Part shown: in pieces, positions 52,256 through 64,000 of the stretch
Numbering within the stretch: the first letter of the stretch is position 1
Layout of the letters: each line of letters begins with the position of its first letter
Assembly (NCBI RefSeq): GCF_006345805.1
Contig: NC_043014.1
Span: forward strand, 24,490,001 to 24,554,000
Direction: 5' to 3'
DNA: 64,000 nt
DNA from: Octopus sinensis
Lineage: Eukaryota
The notes under the pieces: model-generated
Told to the model about the DNA's origin: nothing
What the model saw: the letters and a program-made list of their open reading frames with translations, nothing else
Database searches by the model: none
Position numbers and translations under genes: made by a program

Positions 52256-54695
52256 TATATATATATATAATATATATATGTATAAAATTCTTTTCTACCT
52301 ATATTGGACAGAAAATATTGATTTCAAACAAAGGCATAAGTTCTAGAGTTGATTTGTTTGACTAAAGGTGGTGCTCCAGCATGGCTGCAGTCAAATAACT
52401 GAAACAAATAAAAGAGTAAAGTATATTCAGTTCAGTGGGCAAGACTTAAAGATGATAAGAGACAAAGAAAATATAGTTTTGGTGATTATATCAGCAATAG
52501 CTGAAGGAAAATTTCTCTATCTCTGTTCAATACAACTACCTACCAAGCCTGACTTGATTAAAAAATTATTAATTTGTTACCAATTCTAGATAGTGAGAGT
52601 ACATACACTCAGTTTGTTTACCAGACAGACATACTGTGGATGTGGCCAATATATTTAACTCTGAAATAACTCAGTCCACTTACTCATAAGTGGGTACCAC
52701 AAAATACAGACAAGTAATTACTATTTATAGCAGTAGTAGTATAAAATTGAGAAGTTTATTATCTTATAGTGCTGCATTCAACTTTTCCAGTAGGTATGAT
52801 TAGGAGAGATGTTTTTTAGCCCTGATCAAACAGACCTTAACAGAGGCTTTCCAGCCATTACTATTTTGTCTCTTGATATATCATTGACTACATTGTTTAA
52901 GGTGTACTCCTTTATTTAAGAGAGTAAAGTATACGATTGGAACAAGATTTAGCAGCTAATTCTACCTTCTGACCTATGATCAAAGGTATTCCAAATGTGA
53001 CCATCCTGTCTTTTACCTATATACAAGGAACCCAGGACCACATTATTTAATTGGTCCTTTTTAAGAATGAGATTTAAGGGAGTTTTGACAACTATTTCTA
53101 ACAAGTTGGGTGACTACAAAGAGTATTCTTCTGTTGGAGCCTATTAGCATCATTTACTAACCGAAAAGGTTCATCCTTTGAATGTCTAAATAAGTAGGTA
53201 ATGCAGAGTGGTATAGTTCATCACTGTATGTATCAGTGTTAATGTGTCACTGATCAGTGTTGATAGGTAAATTCTGAAATCAAGTTTTCCTGTTGATCTG
53301 GAGAAGAAACCACTGACTCATTTCAGAAAGACTGAAGCTTCAGTGGTTCCCCAACAACATAATAAAGTTACTGAACTAACTATGAAACAAATACAAATTT
53401 CATCATTTTTTCATCTCTTTCTCAGAATTGGCTGGTCTCCTGCCAACTTATTCATCTCTTCTCTTCTGATTACCATACTACGTCCAAACCCAGGTCCTGC
53501 AGTAATAAATACATACACCTTTTCCTCCTCAAAATGTCATCCTGTTGATGTGGTTTGCTGCAGCTATTGAAGAACATTCAACACACTGTCAACTAATTGT
53601 AGAGGAAGAATTAAGCTTTCAGTGATTTAAATTGTCAAACCAGTCCTAATTCTTGGTTAACATCAATTCACTTCATGATTAAAGCATTTGTGAAAGTCAT
53701 GAATTCAACTTCTATTTCCATCTGTTGAGAAGTTAACTGGGGTGCAACCACCACATTGACAGTGACCACTAATGAAGAAAAGTCAAGCAACTGAACTGAG
53801 TGTTTATCAAACTTGAATGAATCAATAGACAGTATATTGGGCTCTTTTTCATATGACAGAAGGCTTGAAACATGTATTTAAACTAAATAGATAGTCAGTC
53901 TTGGAAGGATGAAATGTGAAATCAATACCATCTGAACCTGAACTCAAAATACAGAAGCCAAAACTGAATGCAATCAATTGTTTAATCCAATGCACTATTA
54001 ATTTCATAAAAAAAAAAAAAAGGTAATGAGATGATGGATGGTTGTGTATTCATTTATTTCCCAGAAGGCATTGGCAACTTAAGTGATGCATAATGGAATC
54101 AGTCAGGAGATGGAAACAGGTCACAATAAGGAATTGTTTACATTTACATCTCTTCCGGCACAACAGTGCTCAGCAGTAAAATTACATAAAATACTAGTTA
54201 CACAAAAGGACAATTTCTGAGGACGAAGGGAGATAGATCATACATTGAGTCAATTCACGTGTATCAACAGAATGGTGCTATTTATTTAATTGAAGCTAGA
54301 GGCAAAGTAGACCTAACACTTAACATAAAGTTAAGTATTGATGAATATTTCATTCCCACAAAACTACCCTGATATGAATAATGTGTGTGTGTGCGTGTGT
54401 GCATACGTGTGTGATTTATTAGTTGGTTAGGCGAAGTAAGGGAGTTAATTCATTGATTGCAGAAGAAACAATACAAAATTTTATACAGATCATTTACTTA
54501 ATTTTTACCACTGTAAAACTGATATCAACAAAATATAATTCATTTCCTACATAACATTTCATACATACACATGTATTCCCACACATATAGTCAGAGGTAA
54601 ATATACTACAATTAAAGAAACATTTCCCCATGAATTTGTTTCTCCTCTTTAACAAAAAAAAAAAAAAAAAAAATTTTTTCCATTTCATATGGTCT

Positions 54696-54701
54696 TTTAT
54701 T
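54696..54701 (-). promoter_or_regulatory. Candidate polyadenylation signal of the SLC35C1-like gene
   Basis: AATAAA on the minus strand ~135 nt after the stop; no transcript support is available. Confidence 0.35.
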
Positions 54702-54836
54702 TCCAGCAGATGATCACTCATTAGAGTTTTTTTAACTTTTTAATGAATTTGGCCATTAAACCATTTGACCAATCATCACACAGTCAAGTCACAATTAAAA
54801 TTAAAAAATCCAATAATAAATAAAATTCCTGGTAAA

Positions 54837-55369
54837 TTATTTAACAGTTATTTCTCGGGGAGCTTTTTCCTCAGTCAAAACCTGTGTCTCTTCTTTGTGG
54901 GCAATTTTCATTTCTCTTCGCTTCACCTCTGTATAACCACCAGACCCAAGCAACACTGTTACATTACTTATCCACCACAGTAACGACCGTCTTTCAGAAA
55001 AGTACATTGCCGCAACAACAGTTTGAGCACAGGCTTTGGCAGTACCAGAGATGTTGTGTGTGAGAGGTGATGTAAGTTGGATCTGAAGACCAGTTGCATA
55101 ACCAATGGCAAAGCCAAGGATGCCACTGATAGACATTATATTCCAGAAATGTAGGCTCCTAATATAGGGGAAACTGATTATGGTGGATAGTTCACCATTA
55201 ATGAGGATTAAAGGGAGAAAGAGGATTGTTGCATTGACATTGTTGTACAAGGTAAGTCGCCATATATTATGGTCAACCATAGGAAGAATCTTCTTTGTAT
55301 AGATGGCATTCAGAGCCACACTGGCACTAGCAAGAACACCAAATATCACTCCAGTAACACTTAATGAAC
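54837..55369 (-). CDS. SLC35C1: GDP-fucose transporter 1, terminal coding exon
   Basis: Acceptor TTTTTCTTACAG|GT TCA (phase 1). Translation (G)[78 protein letters not shown] closely parallels the C-terminal half of SLC35C1. Confidence 0.95.
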
Positions 55370-56070
55370 CTGTAAGAAAAAAAAAAAAGAGAGAGACATA
55401 TTTGATAATTTTCTTATATATTTTTTGAAGAGTCTAAAACACATTGTTGAATGTTTGCAGTACAATAGTTATGTTATAAAGCAAAACAAAATGAAGTTTT
55501 CTTCTTAAACATAATCAATTCAGTCTCCGATACTATGATATAGTTTAAGCCGTTGAGCAACTAAATAGAAAGTCCTTTATTAGCTCATTGTTGACTGGTA
55601 TAAAGAGACATAAAAGGTTCTTACATAAAATTATGACAGGAAGATTTAAATATGGATTTAAATATTTAAATATGGATACTATATAAACAGGTTTGTTTTG
55701 AATCAAGAGAGTTATATCACAGAAAGATGAAAAGTTTAAAGATAATATAATAAAATCAATCCCTATAACTTCTGATCTTCAGGCATTTCAACCATCGTTT
55801 AAGTTAACTGCATTAGTGACACACGACAAAATCCTTTTGTTTGAGAAGACCCAAAACACTGCATGTACTATCGTCATTTACTTTGATTAAATGATAAATG
55901 AACAAAATTATTCTAAATGCAGCAGTTTTTATTCTGGAATTGGTTATTGATATAGAAAATTGACCCTTAAATTTCCAAAGAATTTCAAGGATCCAAGCTA
56001 AATTTTTATTTTTATAGAATGTATAGTTGAGAAATGTATTTTGCAACTATGTGGTTCTTAGTGGATATGA

Positions 56071-56112
<42 letters not shown>

Positions 56113-56639
56113 TTCTTGTAATAAAATATCACAGTATAGAATTATACACTGGTGAGAAAACCCATAAACCAGTACATTCAAACAAAAACACATTACAAAT
56201 GCAGTGAAACAGTGACTGGTTTCTTAGAAACTTGTAACCAATGAATTCTTTGTTCCCACCATGATTAATAAAAAACAAAGATAAAACAAATGGATGAACA
56301 TCTTGAAAACTATATAGGATGCTGCCAACAGCTCAGCAAATTGATGTATACAGAATTCTGTATATTGCACTAATATATAAAAAAAAACCCTGTAGTGGAT
56401 TTAAACAAAAGTTCTTTGAAATGCTAATCCAATACCTTAGCCACATAATCATTTTGTCACCATATGCAATGTGGAGATTTCTTGATTCCACTAAGAAGCA
56501 GTCATTAATGCTAATGACTAACCTGCACTGAACTATATCATCCTCATCATCATCATCATTTAATGTCCGTTTTCCATGTTGGTATGGGTTGGATGGTTTG
56601 AATGAGAATTGGTTAAGCAGGGAAGCTGCACCAGGTTCC

Positions 56640-58570
56640 AATAAGTGTGTTTTAGGGCAGTCCTTTCTGGAATTTCTGGGGCATTATATCGACTCAAATG
56701 GTATCAGACCTCTCTCTTCCAAAGTCGATGCAATTCAGCACATTGCATCCCCCCAACTTCTACAGATGATTCATTCGTGATTGTGCAGACAAGTTACTTT
56801 CTTTGACTCAGGTATTGAAAGCAAATACAAAAAAGAATTCTCCTATTACTTTATCTGCCGAGGCATTATCTGCTTTTGAGTCGATCAAGAAAGAAATAGC
56901 TTTGGTTCTGTTGCTTGCATATCCAGTTCCCAATCCTCCTCTCTCTTTAACTATTGATGCATCGGATTCTGCGATTGGTGCTGTTTTGCAGCACACCATA
57001 GACAATCAGACCAAACCTAAAGCATTCTTTTCTCGTCAATTAAAGCCAGCTGAATGTTGGTACAGTACGTCTGATCGCGATCTACCTGTCAGTTCATCAT
57101 TTAAAACATCAACTCGAGGGCTGAGATTTTGTGATTTATACTGATCACAAGCCTCTTATGTTTGTTCTGTCATCTAAATTGGACAAACACTTGCCTCGTG
57201 CTTTTCGTCACCTGGACTACATTTCCCAGTTCACAAGTGACATTCGGCACATACTTGGAACAGAGAATGTCCCTGCTGATGCACTCTCTCGCCTTCCTGT
57301 GTGCTCCCTTTCATCTCCTGCTGCAATCGATTTAACTGCCATTGTGCAGGATCAGCCAGCTCTGGACACTTTGGATTTAACTTCTACCAAGCTGTCCTGT
57401 TGCAAGTTTGCCTATCTCCCACTTCCGTCTGCTGAAGGCACCATTCTTTGTGACACAGCTACTGGTTCTCCCAGACTATTTGTACCTGAAAACCACCAGT
57501 GCTCCATTTTTGATGCCTTACATTCGCTGTCACATCCTGGCAATGCTGCCTCAGTGAAGCTTATTACAGCTCAGTTTTTCTGGCCTAATATGCATTGCTG
57601 GATGATCACCGATTGGGCACACTCTTGTGTAAAATGCCAGCGTTCTAAAATCCACAGGCATATTTGCACTCCTCTTGGACAGTTTTCTCCTCCGGAGGCT
57701 TGCTTTCGCCATGTCCACATTGATCTGGTTGGACCATGGCCTGTCAGTCACGGTTTCTCTTACATATTGACATGCATTGATCGTTTCTCTCATTGGCCAA
57801 AGGCCATTGCAATAGCGGACATTTCCACTGAGTCAGTGGCTCGAGCTTTTGTTTCTAACTGGATTGCTCGCTTTGGTGTCCCAGCTAGAATAACCACTGA
57901 TCACGGACGCCAGTTTGAGACTTCCCTATTTCGTGAATTATCACTAATCCTAGGAGTTCATCACATTTGTACGACCAGCTACCACCCAGCCTCCAACGGG
58001 ATGGTCAAATGTTTTCACAGGCAACTGAAAGCCACTCTACATGACACTCCTGATCCGCAGTCTTGGACAGAATTCCTACCTATCGTTTTTCTTGGTTGTT
58101 GTACTGCTGTTAAAGCAGACATAGGTTTCTCCTCAGCTGAACTCCTTTACGGTACCACCCTGGCAGTCCCTGGTACAATGTTAGTGCCAGACAACTCATC
58201 ACCTCCTGATCCAACATCGTATGTCACCAGACTTCGCTCGTATTTCTCAAGTCTTCCACTCATGCATTCTATCTACCAGTCTATTCCCTCTCATGTCCCA
58301 CCAGACATTGACAAATGGACTCATGTTTTTGTTTGGGATGATTCTGTCGAGGGACCTCTCACTTCTCCTTATAAGAGACCATTTCATGGGCTATTGTGCA
58401 CACCCAAAACTTTTAGTCTCGACATCAATGGTCAGGTAGAGACCGTGTCGGTCAACAGACTTAAAAGGGCACATTTTGAGGTGTCCACACCCTTCGATGA
58501 CACCCCTAACATGCCATCCTTTGATCCTTTACAACTCGCAACTACATATAAGAAGAAAATAACAATGTGA
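56640..58570 (+). mobile_element. Ty3/Gypsy pol fragment (RT tail, RH, IN) in the last SLC35C1 intron, antisense to the gene
   Basis: FLEFLGHYIDSNGIRP, TIDASDSAIGAVLQH and a 479-aa ORF with HSLSHPG, HIDLVGP, TDHGRQFE; the catalytic ERFHR reads KCFHR. No LTR found. Confidence 0.9.
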
Positions 58571-59760
58571 CAAAAGCTGTAATGCTGAAAGTTAGCAATG
58601 AACTTGCAGTAGCAAAAGTTGAGCTGGTGCAAGGATGATCATGAGAAGCTGGACTTGCAGTGGTAAAAACGGTGTAAGCCATACACTGAACAAAGCAGGA
58701 TGTTGAAATGAGCTGGTTACTGTACTTGCGATGAAAAAGGATGTTGAAATATTAACAAATCTAAGATTTGAAACTTCCATATGTAAACTGGTTGAAATAA
58801 ACTTTAGTGGTGTTGTTGATGGAGAAAAAAAAAAGATCTGCTGGTATTGTGAAGGAAGAAATGCTGTTTATTCAAAATGTCAATGGTTGAGCATTTGTCC
58901 AGTTCAAAAATGTCGCAAAATTGATACAATGTTGTGTGAAGATTGGCAAATGGTGATTCCAAAAGAAGGTGATAGCAAATAGCAATCATAACAAGGCACC
59001 AAATTTAAAAGTAAGGTACAGAACTATTGAGAAATGTCAAGATGCATGTCAAAGGTAAGAGAAAGAAGATGCAAACTGCTAAAATCCAATCTAAAAATTC
59101 TAACTTCTTGCAATTTCTGAGGAATGGAGCTGAAAAAAAAGTGGCGAAGAATGTGGGATGAAAAGTTGCTGTACAGTTGGAAAAGTTTCAAGTTTCCTTG
59201 TTCTTTGGCCATGAGACACAGAAAAATGACTTTTGAAACAGTCAAAAATTCACAATAGCAGTATTAAGCAATAAATAGGTGGTGAAATTATAAACTTGAC
59301 ATGAAAAACAGATCAAAAGAACCGAACTTGTTACGAGGGTGGATCATGTGGTAAGAAAACTCTTCATAGATATCTAAAGCAGTGAAAGGAACTGGAAAAT
59401 AGCCATACTGTCGTAGTTACAAGAAAGTGAATTACTTAGAAATAAACATTGGCAGGAAATGAACTCAGCAAACATGCTATTTCTAGCAAAAGGTGATGTA
59501 AACAACATTATCATAGTTCAGGAGTAGTTTTGAGAGTTGATAAATGTACGTCAAAATCGTTCTCGCAGACCACATGTTGAAGATAAAAAAGCAGCTGTAA
59601 CAGGCTTGAGAAGGAGTTTTCTGATCGGAAAATTGTTTTGCAATATGCCAGATAATGATATTATAATGTGGAAACCAGAATTAATTGACAAATGTTACTA
59701 GTTTTGCTGTTAAAAAATATTTAAGACTTTTAACTTAGTTAAAACGGCGTTACTTTGGTA

Positions 59761-60837
59761 ACGTGTATTCAGCTGAAGAAAATTACTGCTGCTGTTTGCG
59801 AACAACAACTTCTGGGTCCATTACACACACACATTAATAATAGGCAGAAGTTACAGAGTGACAATGGCCAAATTCGTGTTTGATAAGTGCTGATGATGTA
59901 TATACACATACATATATGTGTAAAAAAAAGTCTTATCACGCAAGCAAACCCATGAAAGAGCCTCTACTTGGTCGTTCGACACAGTAAAAATAGCAGCCAA
60001 AGTATCCCCTACCTAAATCACATGCCCATTGTACATAATGTCCTAGATTATTCTTAAAAAGACAGTTTCCTGAAGGCTGGAATGTCTTTGATGATAGGTT
60101 TGATGTATCAGGGTTGATTTGAGGTTAAATAACAACAAAATTATGGTCCTTAGTGAAATTGGACCCCCAAAAAGGGTTTTTGTAGCTTATTAGGAGGTCA
60201 CAGTAATTCATTCAATGAAAAAAAAAATTTCCAATGATTCCGAGATGGAGTGCCCCGTCTTTTTTCCGAACCAAAATAAGGGATTTGCAGCATATTAGGA
60301 GGTCAGGGTATTTGATTCCACACAAAAAACCCAAGTTTTTTTTTCTTAGTGAAAATCATGCGGGTGTTAATATAGAAATTTACCATAATTTTGTTATTTA
60401 ACCTCAAATCAACCCAGATATACCAAACCTATCATCAAAGACATTCCAGCCTTCAGCAAACCATCTTTTTAGGGATAATCTAGGACATGCTATTGTTAGC
60501 ATGTTGAGCGACCAGGAACACTAGGCATTCTAGAAACTTCCAAGAGAAACGCCAAGCTTCTTGAATAATTAAGAATCACGTCTCATGATACAGATACTTC
60601 GAGAAAGGGAGGTTACTTTACAATCTTTCATGGGTTCAATTGCATGATGATATACTCTACACAAATATGTATATTTATCATCAGCATATATATCATTGGC
60701 ACTTATCAAACACGAATTTGGCCATTGTTACTCTGTAACTTCTGCCTATTATTAATGTGTGTGTGTGTGTGTGTGTATAATGGACCCGGAAGTTGTTCAT
60801 AGACAGCAGCAGTAATTTTCTTCGGCTGAATACATGT
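59761..60837. repeat. ~1.08-kb imperfect foldback around a fragment of the Merlin-like TIR
   Basis: 59761-60147 mirrors 60382-60837; the spacer 60148-60384 matches the right end of the 30131-32755 element (..GGGATTTGCAGCATATTAGGAGGTCAGGGTA..GCGGGTGTTAAT..TTTACC). Confidence 0.8.
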
Positions 60838-62099
60838 CATTGATTGGTTAAAATTACCCAAATATGACAACTTCAACACGAAATAACTTCTATAATACAA
60901 AATTTTGTCAAAAACGTTAAGAGTAAACTCTGTTCTATGTGACACATTCTACCAATATCCGAAGTTTCAAAATGTTAAATTAAAAAAAGTTAATTAAAAA
61001 ATCTGGTCGTCAAATTGAATAGATCCCAGGAGGATTCATAGACATCATCGTCGCTTAAGTTGAAGATAATTCAGTTGAAGAAAATTGTGACATAGAAAAT
61101 ATTAGAATATAACTAAATATGTAGAATATAACTAAATATTCTCCAGGATACATGTTGGTTGATCACCAATTTCTGTTGTGGTGATTATTTATGTGATACA
61201 TAACCAAAATGTATCATTTTGGTTGAATTTTGGTTCATTCTGGTTGAATGAAGTAATCTATGCAAGAAAGTTCAGAGATAGGAAATGTAAATAACAGCTA
61301 AGTGGTGGCTTTAAGTCATGTGGTGTAGAGAAATAGACGGACATAGCAATGACATGGATGGCTCTAAGTCTAATTGACTAAGAAGTGGAGAGCAGGGTTA
61401 GCAAGCTATTTTTATTAATGGAACACTAGGCATTCTAGAAACTTCCAAGAGAAACGCCAAGCTTCTTGAATAATTAAGAATCACGTCTCATGATACAGAT
61501 ACTTCGAGAAAGGGAGGTTACTTTACAATCTTTCTTGCAACTGCTACACCTCTTATACACAATTTTTCTCTTAAGACACACACACACACTGTCGTTTATG
61601 TACACTGACATTGCACATCCTGCAGAGCATGCTAGCTTCTGGAAATCCTTCTACTCTGTAGTTTGAAGTTGCTAATGACTAACTTATGCTGAGAGATACA
61701 TTCTTCACATTTTTGAGTAACCATGTATCTTGTTTTCTGGTGAGAAGGTAGTTAAACTGGCTAACTTGGCCACCAGATACAGTGAATGAACCCATCTCAG
61801 TCTTACCAATTTGCAATTTTATAGGGAAAAAAAAAAAAAACTTGAGCTTCGAGAAGATGATATGTAGTTAAAATGCTTGTGAAGCCTTAGAAGTACTGAG
61901 TAGTTCACCCTCCCTCACACAAACAAGACAGGTAGGAATTAAATTGAGTAGTGGACAGAAGGTGCACATAAAAAGATAACATATTCCTATGAGGCATCCA
62001 AGACAACTGAAAATTATAACAAAAGAATTGTCTATCTTAATTTCATTTTGCTTTTTAAGTCATGCCAGAAAATATTTGTAACAGTGTAGGATACTTTAC

Positions 62100-62208
62100 C
62101 TGATACTCCTTCTTGGTCCACTCCTAATAGAAAACCACCAATAATAATTCCACAGCAAACTAGAGCTGCTTTTGATGTTCCTTGTTTCAAAATAATGTAA
62201 GAGAATAC
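62100..62208 (-). CDS. SLC35C1: GDP-fucose transporter 1, penultimate coding exon (109 bp)
   Basis: TTTCATTTCAG|GTA TTC..GTA TCA G|GTAAAG. Translation [36 protein letters not shown]; the phase-1 donor joins the phase-1 acceptor at 55369 to give [12 protein letters not shown]. Confidence 0.93.
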
Positions 62209-62259
62209 CTGAAATGAAAACGAAGAGAAAAATTTGGAGTAAAAGAGATTGTGAGATTA

Positions 62260-62560
62260 TCATCATCATCGTTTAACATCTGTTTTCCATGCTAGCATGG
62301 GTTGGACGGTTCGACTGGGGTCTGGGAAGCCAGGAGGCTGCAGCAGGCTCCAGCCTGATTTGGCAGTGTTTCTACAGCTGGATGCCCTTCCTAATGCCAA
62401 CCACTCCGTGAGTGTAGTGGGTGCTTTGTATGTGCCAGCAGAGGCTGGCAACAGCCACGATTGGTTGGTGCTTTTTACGTGCCACTGGCACGGTAGCCAG
62501 TCAAGGCAGCAGCCATGTTCGGATGGTGCTTTTTACAGGCCACCAGCACAGGTATCACAA
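62260..62560 (-). mobile_element. (GAT)n-tailed short retroposon
   Basis: Same terminal sequence as 30877-31177. Confidence 0.6.
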
Positions 62561-62602
62561 CTACAATTTCCATTCGATTTTTTGATGTTGATGTATATAT
62601 TA

Positions 62603-62633
<31 letters not shown>

Positions 62634-62709
62634 ATATATATATATATAATATATATATATATACATATATATAAATGGAGTTTAACGCAGTTATAATTCA
62701 AATACTTTT

Positions 62710-62798
62710 ACTTCCAACACATGTTTCGAACATATCACTGATATTATTCCATAGGAATAAAATGGTATAAAACAATGTAATCTTCTCTTCAGGGAAGT
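62710..62798 (-). ncRNA. Minimal type-I hammerhead ribozyme motif, intact core, sense to SLC35C1
   Basis: ACTTCC-CTGAAGA-GAAGAT..ATGTTC-GAAAC-ATGT-GTT-GGAAGT. 6-bp stem I, 5/6-bp stem II, 2-bp stem III with tetraloop, GUU triplet. Confidence 0.72.
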
Positions 62799-62809
62799 GA
62801 AGAAACGAA

Positions 62810-62898
62810 ACTTCCCCGAAGAGAAGATTACATTGTTTTACACCATTTTATTCCTTTGGAATAATATTAGTGATATCTTCGAAACATGTGTTGGAAGT
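62810..62898 (+). ncRNA. Mirror hammerhead motif with core substitution CUGA>CCGA
   Basis: ACTTCC-CCGAAGA-GAAGAT..ATCTTC-GAAAC-ATGT-GTT-GGAAGT. Perfect stems, mutated U4. Confidence 0.6.
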
Positions 62899-63015
62899 AA
62901 AAGTATTTGAATTATAACTGCGTTAAACTCCATTTATTTATTTATATATTATACAAAAAAAATTTACGTAAACCCGAAGTTTCTACCTTTAAAAACAAGA
63001 AGTTACAACCTCTTT

Positions 63016-63115
63016 NNNNNNNNNNNNNNNNNNNNNNNNNNNNNNNNNNNNNNNNNNNNNNNNNNNNNNNNNNNNNNNNNNNNNNNNNNNNNNNNNNNNN
63101 NNNNNNNNNNNNNNN
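63016..63115. other. Assembly gap (100 N)
   Basis: Run of exactly 100 N next to a (TA)n-rich tract; true size unknown. Confidence 0.99.
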
Positions 63116-63154
63116 ATATGTATATATATATATGTATATATATATATATGTATG

Positions 63155-63185
<31 letters not shown>

Positions 63186-63199
63186 GTATATATATATAT

Positions 63200-64000
63200 G
63201 AAACAACTACTGGATCGCTCACAGGTGGATGTGGTATATCTCGACTTTGCGAAGGCCTTTGACAAAGTCGACCACGGAGTGAAATGTCACAAATTACTCA
63301 GACTCGGCATAACAGGAAAAGTAGGTGAGTGGATACATGACTTCCTGAAGGACAGAAGCCAGATGGTTGCAGCCAATGGAGCCCTCTCGGGAAAGACAAC
63401 CAATAGCAAGCGCGGGGTGCCACAGGGCACAGTCTTGGGACCCTTGCTGTTTTTGGTGGCGCTCTCTGACATGCCCTTGGTAGCACAAACAACATCCCTC
63501 ACTAGCTATGCTGATGACACAAAGGTAGCACAGGCAATCAAAAACCCAGCTGATGCTGACCTTTTACAACAAGATCTGGATGCCATATACAAATGGGCTG
63601 AAGACAACAACATGCAATTAAATGCTGGTAAATTTCAAGCCTACAATATCAAGCTGTAAAACAATATACATTACAACACAACTATACTGGTCCAGGAGGG
63701 ATCGAAAATCCCAGTATCGAAATCAATACGGGACCTGGGGATAGACATGAGTGACGATGCATCTTTTTCTTCACACATCGCGAAGGTGGCGACAATGTGC
63801 AGACGACTCACTGGCTGGATCCTGAGGCCATTCCGGACAAGAGACTGCGAGACCATGTTGACACTATGGAGGACATTTGTCCTAAGTCGCCTGGACTACT
63901 GCTCCCAACTGTGGTCACCGCATAGTGTCAAACTAACCACAGACTTGAGACAATCCAAAGACATTTCACCAAGAGGATTTCCACCATGAAAGAAAAGAAC
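63200..64000 (+). mobile_element. CR1-like LINE reverse transcriptase fragment
   Basis: VDVVYLDFAKAFDKVDH..GVPQGTVLGPLLFL..YADDTK..DLDAIYKWAEDNNMQLN, then a frameshifted RDLGIDMS..VLSRLDYCSQLWSP. Confidence 0.9.

Larger units (their letters stand above)
62671..62937. repeat. 267-bp foldback of two back-to-back hammerhead motifs
   Basis: 128-bp arms with 5 mismatches and an 11-nt loop (62799-62809); (TA)n directly to the left. Confidence 0.92.

Noticed and set aside
53340-53830. Faint pogo-like or Copia-like peptide resemblances on the minus strand
   Set aside because: Too degenerate, with many stops and conflicting assignments.
57131-58570. 479-aa uninterrupted RH-integrase ORF as a possible domesticated gene
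   Set aside because: The catalytic Glu is replaced (ERFHR>KCFHR), the upstream pol is frameshifted, the start is a non-ATG codon and it is antisense in an intron. Best read as a partly decayed TE.

Overview
Eukaryotic, repeat-saturated window. The microsatellite load and SINE families point to an octopod cephalopod (inference). The only host gene I can support is the 3' part of a GDP-fucose transporter (SLC35C1-like) on the minus strand: two coding exons at 62100-62208 and 54837-55369, with upstream exons outside the window or in the 100-N gap. The rest is a transposon nest. (1) An LTR-bounded but defective Ty3/Gypsy element (22383-33778, TSD GTTT) carries a nested non-coding LTR element (27033-29750, TSD TACG, perfect tRNA-Trp PBS) and a 2.6-kb Merlin-like foldback (30131-32755, 8-bp TSD). 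(2) An internally deleted sister Gypsy has a different LTR (40020-42288). (3) There are three further Gypsy relics, plus Penelope-like (PLE), mariner, hAT and CR1 fragments, MITEs, SINEs and satellites. Two themes stand out. First, several minimal type-I hammerhead-ribozyme motifs of PLE type are present, including small foldback elements made of two back-to-back hammerheads next to (TA)n tracts; one lies in an SLC35C1 intron. Second, there are repeated short-range templated or inverted duplications, some anchored on transposon ends. All alignments and folds were done by eye, and coordinates described as approximate (~) may be off by a few bases.
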